DNA from: a candidate division WOR-3 bacterium
Lineage (GTDB): Bacteria; Hydrothermota; Tepidihabitantia; Tepidihabitantales; DTDR01
Direction: 5' to 3'
NCBI GenBank assembly: GCA_039801885.1
Contig: JBDRVN010000001.1
Location: forward strand, 4,586 to 68,585
DNA length: 64,000 bases
Both the position numbers and the translations under genes were made by a program. The notes under the pieces are model-generated. The model saw nothing but the letters and a program-made list of their open reading frames with translations, did not search any database and had not been told where the DNA came from. Positions within the stretch are counted from its first letter, which is position 1, and the number at the start of each line of letters is the position of its first letter. Below, one piece after another: positions 38,492 through 48,847 of this stretch.

Positions 38492-39937
38492 ATGATTTTG
38501 AAATTATATAATGGCAAAGAAATACCAATTGATATGTACAAAACAAGAGTGGTACAAAAGATTCGGCTTCCGGCAATTGAAGAAAGGTTGAAAGCAATTG
38601 AAGAAGCCGGTTACAACACTTTCCAATTAAAAACAAAAGATGTTTTTTTAGATATGTTAACGGATAGTGGTGTTAATGCCATGTCGCAAGAACAATGGGC
38701 AGGTTGGATAACTACGGATGACGCTTATGCTGGTAGTATGACTTTCTATAAATTTGCCGAAATTGTGGAAGAGATTTTAGGATATAAATATGTAATGAAT
38801 GTTCATCAAGGAAGGGCAGCTGAGCATCTTTTAGCTAAAGTCTTTATAAAACCGGGAACGATTGTTGCTACAAATTATCATTTTACAACAACGAAAGCCC
38901 ATATTGAATTGGCCGGTGCTGAGTGTATTGAAATCTATACTGATGAAGCCTTGAAAACAAAAAGCACTTTTCCTTTCAAAGGGAATATGGACCCAGAGAA
39001 ATTAAAAGGATTAATCAAAAAATACGGTAGAGAAAGAATTGCTTATGTGCGAATGGAAGCTACTACTAATTTACTTGGTGGTCAACCTTTTTCAATGGAG
39101 AATTTGAGAGAAATAAGGAAGATATGTAACGAACATAAGCTATTACTTGTATTAGATGGCAGTTTAGTTGCAGAAAATGCTTATTTAATTAAGAAAAGAG
39201 AACCTGGTTACGAAAATAAAACTGTTGCCCAAATTGTAAAAGAAATCTGCTCAATACCTGATTTATTTTATTTAAGCGGTAGAAAAAACACTTGCGTCCG
39301 CGGTGGTTTTATTGCGACTAATAATAAAGAATTATTTGAAATGATCCAACCTTGGTTACCGGTATACGAAGGATTTTTTACTTATGGTGGTATGTCAATG
39401 AGAGAAATTGGCGCAATGGCTGAAGGTCTAAAAGAAATGGTTGAAGAAAATGTAGCTGGTTGCGCAATTGAACAAATTAAATACTTTGTTGAAAAATTAG
39501 AAGAATTAGGTATTCCCGTGGTTACTCCTTCTGGCGGGCTTGCCTGCCACTTAGATGCGGAAAAGTTTTTACCCCATATTCCAAAAAATGAATATATTGC
39601 TGGCGCACTCACTGCTGCTTTTTATATTGCTTCGGGAATAAGAGCAATGGAAAGGGGCACTATCTCTATGGATAGAGATAAAGAAGGTAGAGAAGTATAT
39701 GCTGATTTAGAACTAACAAGAATTGCTTTGCCGCGTAGAGTATTTAACCTTTCTCATATTGAATATGCAATTGACCGAATACTTTGGCTTTATAAGCATC
39801 GAGATTTAATTAAAGGTTTAAAATTTGTATATGAACCACCGGTATTGAGATTCTTCTTAGGGAAATTAGAAGCAATAGATAATTGGGGAAAAGATCTATG
39901 CGAAGCTTTCAAGAAAGATTTTGGAAAAGAATTATAA
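38492..39937 (+). CDS. Tryptophanase / tyrosine phenol-lyase family beta-eliminating lyase (PLP-dependent)
   Basis: Alignable with E. coli TnaA along its length (FLDMLTDSGVNAMSQEQWAG, YTDEALKTKSTFPFKGNMDPEKLKGLI, RMEATTNLLGGQP, PTYGG). Confidence 0.8.
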   Translation: MILKLYNGKEIPIDMYKTRVVQKIRLPAIEERLKAIEEAGYNTFQLKTKDVFLDMLTDSGVNAMSQEQWAGWITTDDAYAGSMTFYKFAEIVEEILGYKYVMNVHQGRAAEHLLAKVFIKPGTIVATNYHFTTTKAHIELAGAECIEIYTDEALKTKSTFPFKGNMDPEKLKGLIKKYGRERIAYVRMEATTNLLGGQPFSMENLREIRKICNEHKLLLVLDGSLVAENAYLIKKREPGYENKTVAQIVKEICSIPDLFYLSGRKNTCVRGGFIATNNKELFEMIQPWLPVYEGFFTYGGMSMREIGAMAEGLKEMVEENVAGCAIEQIKYFVEKLEELGIPVVTPSGGLACHLDAEKFLPHIPKNEYIAGALTAAFYIASGIRAMERGTISMDRDKEGREVYADLELTRIALPRRVFNLSHIEYAIDRILWLYKHRDLIKGLKFVYEPPVLRFFLGKLEAIDNWGKDLCEAFKKDFGKEL

Positions 39938-39947
39938 ATTAATTAAT

Positions 39948-40763
39948 TTACCAACGACTACCAAAGGAAATAAATTGCCAATTATCGTTTTCTTTTTTGA
40001 AAAACATTTCTACCCCTCTAATTCTTAAATGAGAATTTTTTTGAGATTCATAAACAATTGGAATAATATCAATATAGCCTTTAGCGAAATTATCAAATAT
40101 TCGAATAGTGCCAAAATCAATATAATATCTTAATTTTAAACGATAAGCATATCTTTCTATTTCATCTAAGTTAAGCCATTTTATCCGCATATTATGGAAA
40201 GAAATATTATGTTCTAATTCTCTTTCTTTTTTTAAAATTACTAAATAATTTTCTTTTTTAAATTTTGGAATTATTTCGCTAATTCTATTCTCATAAAAAG
40301 CTATTTCAATCATTTTTTTTAAAATCTTTTTCATCTCTTCTTTATTTTTATTGCCATAATTAAATTTATTATGATCTAATATTTTAGAAATCCAAACCAA
40401 ATACCAAGTATCATTTAAATTAAGCCAATTAGTAGCAATATAATAGTAATCTTTACTTTTTTCAAAATAAATATAAGTGGAAATAATTGCTGAATAACGA
40501 GTTGGATTTATATATCTTGTCCTTACGGCAGCAATTTTTCTATCTTTCAACCATTCTTTTAGAGCCTTTGCAAAACTATCGTAACTAATTTCTTTCCGAA
40601 AAGTAGGATTAAAAAGTTGATAAATTAATAAAAAATTAGATTTTTGCAATGCTCGATTAAATTGAGAAGATTTTTCTAAAATTTTTAAAAAATCAAATTT
40701 CTTATCATTATTTCCACAGCTAATCAGAAAATTTATTAAAAAGGGAATTATTAAAAAATTCAT
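39948..40763 (-). CDS. Putative lipoprotein, unknown function
   Basis: A signal peptide with a lipobox (INFLISC) and no recognisable domains; 271 aa. Confidence 0.45.
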   Translation of the reverse strand: MNFLIIPFLINFLISCGNNDKKFDFLKILEKSSQFNRALQKSNFLLIYQLFNPTFRKEISYDSFAKALKEWLKDRKIAAVRTRYINPTRYSAIISTYIYFEKSKDYYYIATNWLNLNDTWYLVWISKILDHNKFNYGNKNKEEMKKILKKMIEIAFYENRISEIIPKFKKENYLVILKKERELEHNISFHNMRIKWLNLDEIERYAYRLKLRYYIDFGTIRIFDNFAKGYIDIIPIVYESQKNSHLRIRGVEMFFKKENDNWQFISFGSRW

Positions 40764-40770
40764 AGATAAA

Positions 40771-40846
40771 CGGGCCCGACCGGATTTGAACCGGCGCTCT
40801 TCGCCGTGACAGGGCGACGTGTTTATCCAGGCTACACTACGGGCCC
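40771..40846 (-). tRNA. tRNA-Asp (anticodon GTC)
   Basis: The reverse complement GGGCCCGTAGTGTAGCCTGG...CCTGTCAC...GGTTCAAATCC... forms a cloverleaf. Confidence 0.85.
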
Positions 40847-40884
40847 TTTTTATATTATAAAAATTTTATTTTTAAAGTCAATCA

Positions 40885-43698
40885 CTAATAAAGAATAATA
40901 AATTTTTTAAAATTTCTGTTAAAACCGGTTTCTAATACAACAAAATATAAACCAGAAGCCACTTCTCTTCCCTCTTTGTCTTTTCCTTCCCAATAAGCGC
41001 CGATCTCTTCTAAAAATTCTTTCTTTTCATATCTTCCTGGTGTAGTTAATTTTTTCACATCTAACTCTCTCTCAAAAATCAATTTTCCATTCAAATTATA
41101 AATTTTTAAATTTGCCCATTTAGAAGGGTTTTTTAATCTTAAAGGAAAATAAACTTTTTTATCTTTATCTTTTTTGATAAAAGGCTGAGGATATATATCA
41201 CCAATTTCATCTTCGTAGTAAGAAATAATTTTTCCCCGATAAACTTTTAATAAAGAATCAATATTAGGAATTCCATAACCTAAAGTGCAAGAAGGAACGC
41301 TTTCACTTGCTGTTTTAAATAATGCTTCTCTAACTTCTTCTATTTTCCAATCTGGATGCACTTCTAAAATTAGTGCACAAAGTCCAGCAATCAAAGCAGT
41401 AGCTGAAGAAGTTCCTATTGAATATTCAAAGGCACCATCTTCATCAGGTTTAGCCACTACTGCATTATAGGCTAAAGCCACTAAATCAGGTTTTATTCTA
41501 TCATCCGCTGTGGGACCGGCACCGCTTCCACGCCAGCAAGACGAATCGGGCATAACTCCACCAATAGTTAAAACTCCATCAGCATCGCCTGGTGCTACTA
41601 AATAAGGTTTAGGCCAAGGATATCTTAAACTATCGCTTCCCCGATTTCCCATGGCAGTCACAATTATTAATCCTCTTTGGGCAGCAATGCTTGCCGCTAA
41701 AGAAGTTATTGCTGTCTTCCCATCAAATTCATTATCTTCATACCAACCTCGGTATCCCAAAGAAGAAGAAATTATTTGGGCAGCATTTTTTTCACACCAT
41801 TCAAGCCCTTTTATCCAATTATCTTCTTCAATAATATATTCATAATATTCACCAGTTTTATATTTATATTCTTCAGTTTTTGCAACTAAGAATTCGACAG
41901 CCGGAGCCACACCGACTAAATATCTGGGAGTATAACCAGCAATTAAAGATGCCATTCGAGTTCCGTGATAAGGCTGCTCTTTAAAATCGTCATCTTCTTC
42001 GTAATCGGTATTATCATCACCTTGAGAGTTGTAAATTAACCAAATATCATTATTAAATTCATAAAGAACTGGGTTAAAATGAAATTCGTTAGTATCGTTA
42101 AATAGAATATTTTTACTATTAAAATCTAAAAAATAAATATTTGAGCCCATCTCATAAGTTAAATAAAATTTATCTTTTATTAAAAAATCAAAATTGCCTA
42201 AAAAGGATTTATTTTCTAAAATTATTTCTTTTTCTTTCCATTTTTCTCCAAAATCAATTGAATAAGAATAAACTAAATTAACTAATGGTGGATTCCCATA
42301 TTCTTTTACTAAAAGATAAATAGTATCCCTATTATTTTTGATTTGAAAATCAGAAACATTAATAAAAGAATTTAGACTATCTAACTGGTAATTTTCTCCG
42401 TCATTGGTTTTTAAATAGTAAATCTTACCTTCTCTTGATAAGCAAAAGATATAATAATTTAAACTATCTTTAAAAAGAATAATAGGCTTTTTTATCTTTT
42501 GGTTAAAAGAATAAACTGTTTTCGTCTCTTGCCAAACAATTTCTGAACCAATAATATTTGCCTTCTTAATCTTTAATATTGAATCTTTATATGTAAATGT
42601 AAGATATAATTTATTATCTGAGTATAATAAATAAGGTTCTTTACCATTTTCTATTTTAACTGTTCCTTGAAAATTAGTATAATAAAAATAACCGAAATAT
42701 ATCTCCTTATTTTTTTCATAAAGGTCTGAGCCATCAAAGGCAATAAAAGTCATATTTATTTGATTATTAGTGAGGGAAAAAGTGTGAAAAACCATTGGAG
42801 TTAAATAATAAGAGACTGATTTTATTGGTTGCCAATTATTTCTTTCGTAATAGGTATAAACGAGCGTTCTTTTTGGCATTCCTAAATATTGGGTATCGGT
42901 TATAAAAAATAACAAAAGTAATTTTTCACCATTAACATTAAAAAGGTAATCTATTTTCGGATTTTCTATCATTCGGAAATTTTTTAAATTTGGGATACTC
43001 TCTTTTTGAAAACTATTAGATTTTTTCACAAGAAAAAAATCACAACCAGCAAGAAAATCGTGCTCTTTTATCACTTTAATACCTTCTACTGCTTTATTAA
43101 CTGTAGTATCATCTGGACTTTTTCTTTTTCTTCTTAAACCGGTGTCCAACAATCCAATCCTCACACCCGAACCATAAACTCCTTTCTTATGAACTTTATC
43201 TACTCCTAACATAGCAATTTGACAATAAGAATAGCCATAAAAAGAAGTATCCTTTTTTTCTTCTTTTGTTATTTTTATAGTTTTAGGAACCTGAAAACTG
43301 ATTGCTTTTAATGGACGAATATCATAGATAAAAGGCAGATTTTTTAATAAAGGTAAAATTTCTTTTGGAATTTCGCAACTAACACCGTTTAACCAGTTTG
43401 AAACATATCTTATTTTTACTCCCAACTTTCTTAATTCTTCAATATATTTTTCGTAAACCGGCAGGTCATAAAAATCATATATTTCTCCGATATTTTTTAA
43501 TCTTCTTTCAATTGTTTTAGGATTAAGTTTATAGTCAAATTTTTCTAAAATATTTTTATAATCCTTCTCGGTAGTAAAACCTTTGTCAGTAAAGAGTATC
43601 CAATATTTTTCATTATTCTCGCTCATCAATCTTTCATAATCAATTTTCAAAGGAAAACGATAAAAATTATAAGAGAATAACAAAAAAATTATTAACAT
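40885..43698 (-). CDS. S8-family subtilisin-like serine peptidase with a T9SS C-terminal sorting domain
   Basis: The catalytic triad regions are present (GLLDTGL; YHGTRMASLIAG; IGTSSATALIAGL) with a signal peptide. The C-terminus SGLYFVVLETGFNRNFKKFIILY is a T9SS CTD; 937 aa. Confidence 0.7.
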   Translation of the reverse strand: MLIIFLLFSYNFYRFPLKIDYERLMSENNEKYWILFTDKGFTTEKDYKNILEKFDYKLNPKTIERRLKNIGEIYDFYDLPVYEKYIEELRKLGVKIRYVSNWLNGVSCEIPKEILPLLKNLPFIYDIRPLKAISFQVPKTIKITKEEKKDTSFYGYSYCQIAMLGVDKVHKKGVYGSGVRIGLLDTGLRRKRKSPDDTTVNKAVEGIKVIKEHDFLAGCDFFLVKKSNSFQKESIPNLKNFRMIENPKIDYLFNVNGEKLLLLFFITDTQYLGMPKRTLVYTYYERNNWQPIKSVSYYLTPMVFHTFSLTNNQINMTFIAFDGSDLYEKNKEIYFGYFYYTNFQGTVKIENGKEPYLLYSDNKLYLTFTYKDSILKIKKANIIGSEIVWQETKTVYSFNQKIKKPIILFKDSLNYYIFCLSREGKIYYLKTNDGENYQLDSLNSFINVSDFQIKNNRDTIYLLVKEYGNPPLVNLVYSYSIDFGEKWKEKEIILENKSFLGNFDFLIKDKFYLTYEMGSNIYFLDFNSKNILFNDTNEFHFNPVLYEFNNDIWLIYNSQGDDNTDYEEDDDFKEQPYHGTRMASLIAGYTPRYLVGVAPAVEFLVAKTEEYKYKTGEYYEYIIEEDNWIKGLEWCEKNAAQIISSSLGYRGWYEDNEFDGKTAITSLAASIAAQRGLIIVTAMGNRGSDSLRYPWPKPYLVAPGDADGVLTIGGVMPDSSCWRGSGAGPTADDRIKPDLVALAYNAVVAKPDEDGAFEYSIGTSSATALIAGLCALILEVHPDWKIEEVREALFKTASESVPSCTLGYGIPNIDSLLKVYRGKIISYYEDEIGDIYPQPFIKKDKDKKVYFPLRLKNPSKWANLKIYNLNGKLIFERELDVKKLTTPGRYEKKEFLEEIGAYWEGKDKEGREVASGLYFVVLETGFNRNFKKFIILY

Positions 43699-43713
43699 TT
43701 TATTTCTCCTTGA

Positions 43714-44001
43714 TTAACTTAAATAACCAAATCTTTGCAAAAAAGGAAACCAACGAGTAATAAGGAAAATTCCCATAAATATAATTCCTATTACTGCACC
43801 AACAATCCCTAAAATAAGATATAGCTTACCAATTCTTCTAATCTTTTGGCTACCAGCAGAAAGAAAGACAATTCCTAAAACAATTCCCACAATTGGACAA
43901 AAGAAAGATAAAAAAGCACCGTAAACAATTCCTAGCAAAGCAAAGAAATCAATAAAAAAATTTAATTTTTCAAAATTTAACTGGGTATTTTCGTTATTCA
44001 T
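43714..44001 (-). CDS. Small membrane protein (2-3 TM), unknown function
   Basis: 95-aa hydrophobic ORF with an RBS (GGAGGAAAAAATG), immediately upstream of the S8 peptidase gene. Confidence 0.4.
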   Translation of the reverse strand: MNNENTQLNFEKLNFFIDFFALLGIVYGAFLSFFCPIVGIVLGIVFLSAGSQKIRRIGKLYLILGIVGAVIGIIFMGIFLITRWFPFLQRFGYLS

Positions 44002-44023
44002 TTTTTCCTCCTTTACTATTATC

Positions 44024-44096
44024 TACCCCGCGCAGGAGTCGAACCTGCAGCCCTCGGATTAAGAATCCGATGCTCTGCCAGTTGAGCTAGCGGGGC
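44024..44096 (-). tRNA. tRNA-Lys (anticodon CTT)
   Basis: The reverse complement GCCCCGCTAGCTCAACTGG...TTCTTAA...GGTTCGACTCC...GCGGGGTA forms a cloverleaf. Confidence 0.85.
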
Positions 44097-44107
44097 AAAA
44101 TTTAAAA

Positions 44108-44181
44108 TGCGCCCGGCGCGACTCGAACGCGCAGCCTACGGGTTCGAAGCCCGGCGCTCTCTCCAATTGAGCTACGGGCGC
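44108..44181 (-). tRNA. tRNA-Arg (anticodon TCG)
   Basis: The reverse complement GCGCCCGTAGCTCAATTGGAGAGAGCGCCGGGCTTCGAACCCG...CGTTCGAGTCGCGCCGGGCGCA forms a cloverleaf. Confidence 0.8.
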
Positions 44182-44186
44182 AGATA

Positions 44187-44260
44187 GGTGAGCGACGGGA
44201 GTCGAACCCGCAACCCGTGGAGCCACAGTCCACTGCTCTACCAATTGAGCTACGCTCACC
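44187..44260 (-). tRNA. tRNA-His (anticodon GTG)
   Basis: The reverse complement GGTGAGCGTAGCTCAATTGGTAGAGC...CTGTGGC...GGTTCGACTCCCGTCGCTCACC includes the extra 5' G typical of tRNA-His. Confidence 0.85.
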
Positions 44261-44269
44261 ATAAATTAT

Positions 44270-44343
<74 letters not shown>

Positions 44344-44346
44344 CTA

Positions 44347-44421
44347 TCGGGGAGACTGGATTTGAACCAGCGACCCCCTCGTCCCAAGCGAGGTGCGCTT
44401 GCCAGGCTGCGCTACTCCCCG
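44347..44421 (-). tRNA. tRNA-Pro (anticodon TGG)
   Basis: The reverse complement CGGGGAGTAGCGCAGCCTGG...CTTGGGA...GGTTCAAATCCAGTCTCCCCGA forms a cloverleaf. Confidence 0.85.
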
Positions 44422-45016
44422 ATATATATTATAAATATAAAGAAAATTATCTTTTAGTCAAGTTGAAAAGTAAATTAATAAAAATATTAAGATAAAGAAT
44501 GGTTTTAAATTTCAAAAAGAGTAAAAAAGAGACTAAAAGAAACTTGGCAAATATATTTGACACAATAAAAGATTTAAAAGTTGCATCCGATGCAAAAAAT
44601 TTTTAAGCAAAATTTTTTTATAAGTCCTTGTATTTCAAATACTTATCTTAAATTTAGAAGAAAGATAGGGAACGTCTCCCCCTATGGTCTTATCTCCGTC
44701 TTATTAGGCATTTTAATCTTCGTTCTAATAGAAAGATTAATAATAGTTTAAATAGGTGGATTATCGTTAATTCTATTAGCACTATTATTATTAATTCTAA
44801 CAGGGGTATTTTTAATAATCTATAAAGGTATATCTCTAATAAACTCCCGAAGATTATAATTATAGATGTTAATAGGAGTAGATATTCTATCTATAATTTA
44901 TAAAATAGTTATTTAAAATAGACTAATATCAAAATAAATAAAGAAGATAAAAATTGAATTAAAGTAAAAATTTAGATATAATTTATAATATGCAATTTTT
45001 AATTCAAGGAGGAAAA

Positions 45017-46813
45017 ATGAAAAAAGTAAATTTTATATTATTTTTTTGTCTCTTCTTTACCTTTTCTTTTTTAAGAAGTGAAGAAATAAAAACGGAAGCC
45101 AAGGTATATTTCAAAACTGCTGATGAACTTTTCACAAAAATGGGTGAATTATTTTCGGAATTAGATATTGCTACTGCTGGTGAAACTGATAAAGAGTGCT
45201 ATATTGTAATTATTACAAATAAAGAACAATTAGAAAAAATAAAAGAAAAAGGATTTAAAGTAGAAATAAGTTATCATAATATTAAAGATAAATTTAGAGA
45301 AATGACCGGTGTCGATCCGGACAATCCTCAACTTCTTAGGGATTTTGGTTATTTCTTTACTTATTGGGAAATGATTGATACTATTCAAAGATTAGCAAAT
45401 AATTTTCCTAATTTAGTAAGAATTTATGATATTGGCAGAAGCCACCAAAATCGTCCTTTGTGGTGTGTGAAAATTAGTGATTATCCTGATTCTAACGAAA
45501 ATGAACCGGTTGTCTTTTTTAATGCTGCTACTCATGCTCGAGAACCTTTAGGAGTTTCTGTACTTATTTACTATATCACCTATCTTTTAAACAATTATGA
45601 CCCGACAAATTCTGATAATTTAATAACTTGGCTTATTAATAATCGGGAAATTTATTTTGTGCCAGTTATGAATCCTGATGGTTATGTTTATAATTCAGAT
45701 TCTGGAGGTGCTTCGGCTAATTGGCGAAAAAATAGAAGGATAATTCAATCTCCTTATGTTGGTGTGGATTTAAATAGAAATTATGGTTATAAGTGGGCAT
45801 ACGATAACATTGGCTCTTCACCTAATCCAAGTAACGAAGCCTATCGGGGGCCGGAAAGATTTTCCGAACCCGAAACCCGAGTTATAAGAGATTTCATGCT
45901 TTCTAAAAAGATAAGGGCACAAATTGATTACCATACCTATGGTAGATATAATATGTATCCTTGGGGATATGATACTTTTACACCACCGGATGTAAGAACT
46001 TTAAGAGAAGTTGTTGATTCTTTTAGATTTTACAATACTTATTCTACTTCCCGAACTGGACAAATTGCCAAGGTTTTATATACGGCCAATGGAAGTTCAG
46101 TAGATTGGGAATATGCTGATACTTTATGGGAAGGCGAAAGAAAGTTCGTTACTTATGCTTTTACCATTGAAGTTTCTACCAATGATTTCTGGTATGGTTG
46201 GAATGACAGCGCCTTTATTAGGCAAGAATGTCAGAGAAATTTAGGAGTAAATATTTATCTCACAAAAGTTAGTGGTGCTTTTTTAGAATTAAAAAATGTA
46301 AAAATTTATGATTTTTATGGCAATCAAGATAGTATTTTAAATCCAAATGAATCTGCCTATATTTATCTCACGATTAAAAATCGAGCAATTCATCCTCTTG
46401 ATTCTGCTTATAATATTCTTATCCGACCAATTACCGAAAATCCTTATTTAATTATTATTGACACTATGTTTAATACCCAAAATATTATAAGAAATGATAG
46501 TCAAATTGGCCTCTTTAAAGTTTATGCAAACGAAGGAGTTCCCTCAGAGAGTATAGCGATAAATTTAAGCTGTAATTATTTAAATGATAATTCTTTTATA
46601 AATCAAACATTAAAATTTAAAATCCTTGTCCAACCTTCTCAATTAGTAGAAGAGAAAAAAGCAAGAAATATTAAAAATATTATTACTCCTGACTTTTGTA
46701 AAAAATACTCCCTTTATTTGCCCACCGGTCAGAAATATAAAGGTGGACTTAAAAAGGGAGTTTATCTCTTTTTAAAGGAAAATAAAGGATATAAAATTTT
46801 AATAATAAAATAG
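45017..46813 (+). CDS. M14-family zinc carboxypeptidase with a T9SS-like C-terminal domain
   Basis: A signal peptide, zinc ligands HAREP (HxxE) and YHTYG, and an NPDGY motif. RBS AGGAGG precedes the ATG at 45017 (the 44990 ATG is less likely). The C-terminus is KGVYLFLKENKGYKILIIK. Confidence 0.7.
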   Translation: MKKVNFILFFCLFFTFSFLRSEEIKTEAKVYFKTADELFTKMGELFSELDIATAGETDKECYIVIITNKEQLEKIKEKGFKVEISYHNIKDKFREMTGVDPDNPQLLRDFGYFFTYWEMIDTIQRLANNFPNLVRIYDIGRSHQNRPLWCVKISDYPDSNENEPVVFFNAATHAREPLGVSVLIYYITYLLNNYDPTNSDNLITWLINNREIYFVPVMNPDGYVYNSDSGGASANWRKNRRIIQSPYVGVDLNRNYGYKWAYDNIGSSPNPSNEAYRGPERFSEPETRVIRDFMLSKKIRAQIDYHTYGRYNMYPWGYDTFTPPDVRTLREVVDSFRFYNTYSTSRTGQIAKVLYTANGSSVDWEYADTLWEGERKFVTYAFTIEVSTNDFWYGWNDSAFIRQECQRNLGVNIYLTKVSGAFLELKNVKIYDFYGNQDSILNPNESAYIYLTIKNRAIHPLDSAYNILIRPITENPYLIIIDTMFNTQNIIRNDSQIGLFKVYANEGVPSESIAINLSCNYLNDNSFINQTLKFKILVQPSQLVEEKKARNIKNIITPDFCKKYSLYLPTGQKYKGGLKKGVYLFLKENKGYKILIIK

Positions 46814-48315
46814 AAAAGAACAACAAGAATTGAGAAATAAATAAACCAATCACCAAATTGACGATAAATAGTATTTTTTAAAAACATCTTTACATTACCA
46901 AAAATTATCTCTTCTTTAAATAAGTTTGATTTTTGATAAATCCTACCAAAAGGGTCACAAAACAAACTAATTCCATTGTTTGCACATCTTATCAAAGGGA
47001 CTCCGTTTTCAACTGCTCGAGCAATTGCCAATTCGTAATGTTGATAAGGACCGAAAGTTTTGCCAAACCAACCATCGTTCGTAATATTAACAATCATTTT
47101 GGCACCTCTTCTTACAAATTCTCTTATCAAATCAGGAAAGATCGATTCAAAACAAATAGCACAAGAAAAAGAAGTTTTATCAGTCTGAAAAACAGTATAA
47201 TCTTCTCCCTTTGAATAATTTCCCATATCCACTGTTTCAATTAATTTAAAAATTTTTATCTTTTCATAATAGGGAATTCTCTCGGAAAAAGGAACAAGAT
47301 GAATTTTTCTATATTCACCGACAATTCCCTTTTTGGGAGCAAATAAAACCGCTCCATTATAATACCTAAATCCTTTTTCATCATTTTCGTAACGGGGAGT
47401 GCCAATAAAAAGATAGCAATTATAAGTATCAGCAACACTTTTTAAAAATTCTTTATAAGGTGAATCAACAGTAATATCAATTAAAGAAGCGGTTTCGGGA
47501 TAAATTATTAAATGAGGTTTTTCTTTCACACTTTTTTTAGTCATTGATAGTAATTGAGTTAACAATTTTATCTGTTCTTCTTTTGTACCTTTTTCTTCCG
47601 GCGAGACGTTTGGCTGTAAAAGAACTGTTTTAAAATAATCTGGCAATATTTTGACACGAGAAAAATAATAAAAAGTAGATAAACCGGTAATAATAATTAT
47701 TAACAAAACAAATGGCCGCTTATTATTGACAAATAGTAGTTTGTAAATCGTAAAATTAATAAAAACTACCAAAGCCGAAACTCCATAAATTCCCCAAATT
47801 GAGGCAGTATTTAAAAAAACTAAATTATTTGTTTGGGTATACCCCACTAAACCCCATGGAAAACCAATTTCGGATTTTGTTCTAATAAACTCTAAAATTG
47901 GTAAAATAAAAGGAGCAAAATAAAGAGAAGTTATTTTTGTTAAATAAGAAAATAAAGCAAAATATAAAGCAAGATAGAAAAAAAGAATTATAACCCCAAT
48001 AAATAATAAAATTCTTGTTGAAGAAGCGATCTGTGGTTTTAAAAAATAAAGCCACCAAAGATGGCTAATAGAAAATAAAAACCCATAAATAAAACCATAA
48101 ATAAAAGTTTTTTTAGGCGATAACCTTTCTATGTAATAAAATAACGGTATAAAAGAAAAATAAGAAACAAAAAAGAAACCAATTGGCGCATATCCTAAAT
48201 TAAGAATTAAAGGAGATATAAAAAAGACTAATTTATTAACGGAGAATTTTGACTCTTTTCCCTTCAATTTTCCATCGACCCTCGGCAAAAAGTCTAATTG
48301 CCATTGGATAGGCAA
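46762..48315 (-). CDS. lnt: Apolipoprotein N-acyltransferase
   Basis: An N-terminal multi-TM domain and a C-terminal CN-hydrolase domain carrying the catalytic Cys context AICFESIFPDL; 517 aa. Confidence 0.8.
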   Translation of the reverse strand: MPIQWQLDFLPRVDGKLKGKESKFSVNKLVFFISPLILNLGYAPIGFFFVSYFSFIPLFYYIERLSPKKTFIYGFIYGFLFSISHLWWLYFLKPQIASSTRILLFIGVIILFFYLALYFALFSYLTKITSLYFAPFILPILEFIRTKSEIGFPWGLVGYTQTNNLVFLNTASIWGIYGVSALVVFINFTIYKLLFVNNKRPFVLLIIIITGLSTFYYFSRVKILPDYFKTVLLQPNVSPEEKGTKEEQIKLLTQLLSMTKKSVKEKPHLIIYPETASLIDITVDSPYKEFLKSVADTYNCYLFIGTPRYENDEKGFRYYNGAVLFAPKKGIVGEYRKIHLVPFSERIPYYEKIKIFKLIETVDMGNYSKGEDYTVFQTDKTSFSCAICFESIFPDLIREFVRRGAKMIVNITNDGWFGKTFGPYQHYELAIARAVENGVPLIRCANNGISLFCDPFGRIYQKSNLFKEEIIFGNVKMFLKNTIYRQFGDWFIYFSILVVLFYFIIKILYPLFSFKKR

Positions 48316-48847
48316 TATGTTCTTCTTTTAAAACTCTTTCGGCTAATGTTTCTGGAGTATCTTCGTCTTCCACGGGAACTATCCTTTGAATAATAATTGG
48401 TCCACCATCAACATCTTCATTAACAAAATGAACAGTACAACCAGAAAATTTTGCTCCACTTTCAATTACTGCTTGATGAACCTTTTCACCATATAGACCT
48501 TTAAATGCCGGTAACAAAGCCGGATGGATATTCATAATTCGGTTTCGGTAATACTCTATAAAATAAGGGGTTAAAACTCTCATAAACCCAGCTAAACAAA
48601 TTAAATCCGGTTTAAATTCTTCTAACTTTTTAGTCAACTCTTTTTCAAATTCTATCCGTTCTTTATTCTTATGAGAGATTACAAAGTTAGGAATATTATG
48701 CCTTTTAGCCCTTTCCAAGGCATAAGCATTCTCCACATTACTAATTACACAAACAACTTTTCCTGGAATAAAACCATTTTCGCAGGCATCAATAATTGCC
48801 TGTAAATTCGTTCCCCGACCAGAAACTAAAACAGCAATTCTAATCAT
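48236..48847 (-). CDS. purN: Phosphoribosylglycinamide formyltransferase
   Basis: IRIAVLVSGRGTNLQAIIDA and the catalytic region HPALLPAFKG; 203 aa. Confidence 0.85.
   Translation of the reverse strand: MIRIAVLVSGRGTNLQAIIDACENGFIPGKVVCVISNVENAYALERAKRHNIPNFVISHKNKERIEFEKELTKKLEEFKPDLICLAGFMRVLTPYFIEYYRNRIMNIHPALLPAFKGLYGEKVHQAVIESGAKFSGCTVHFVNEDVDGGPIIIQRIVPVEDEDTPETLAERVLKEEHIAYPMAIRLFAEGRWKIEGKRVKILR

Noticed and set aside
44581-44605. TTGCATCcGATGCAA + A6T5 as a rho-independent terminator
   Set aside because: A 7-bp stem with a 1-nt loop is sterically poor, the T-run is preceded by an A-run, and the tRNA cluster is transcribed away from it. I retain it only as a palindrome or possible operator.
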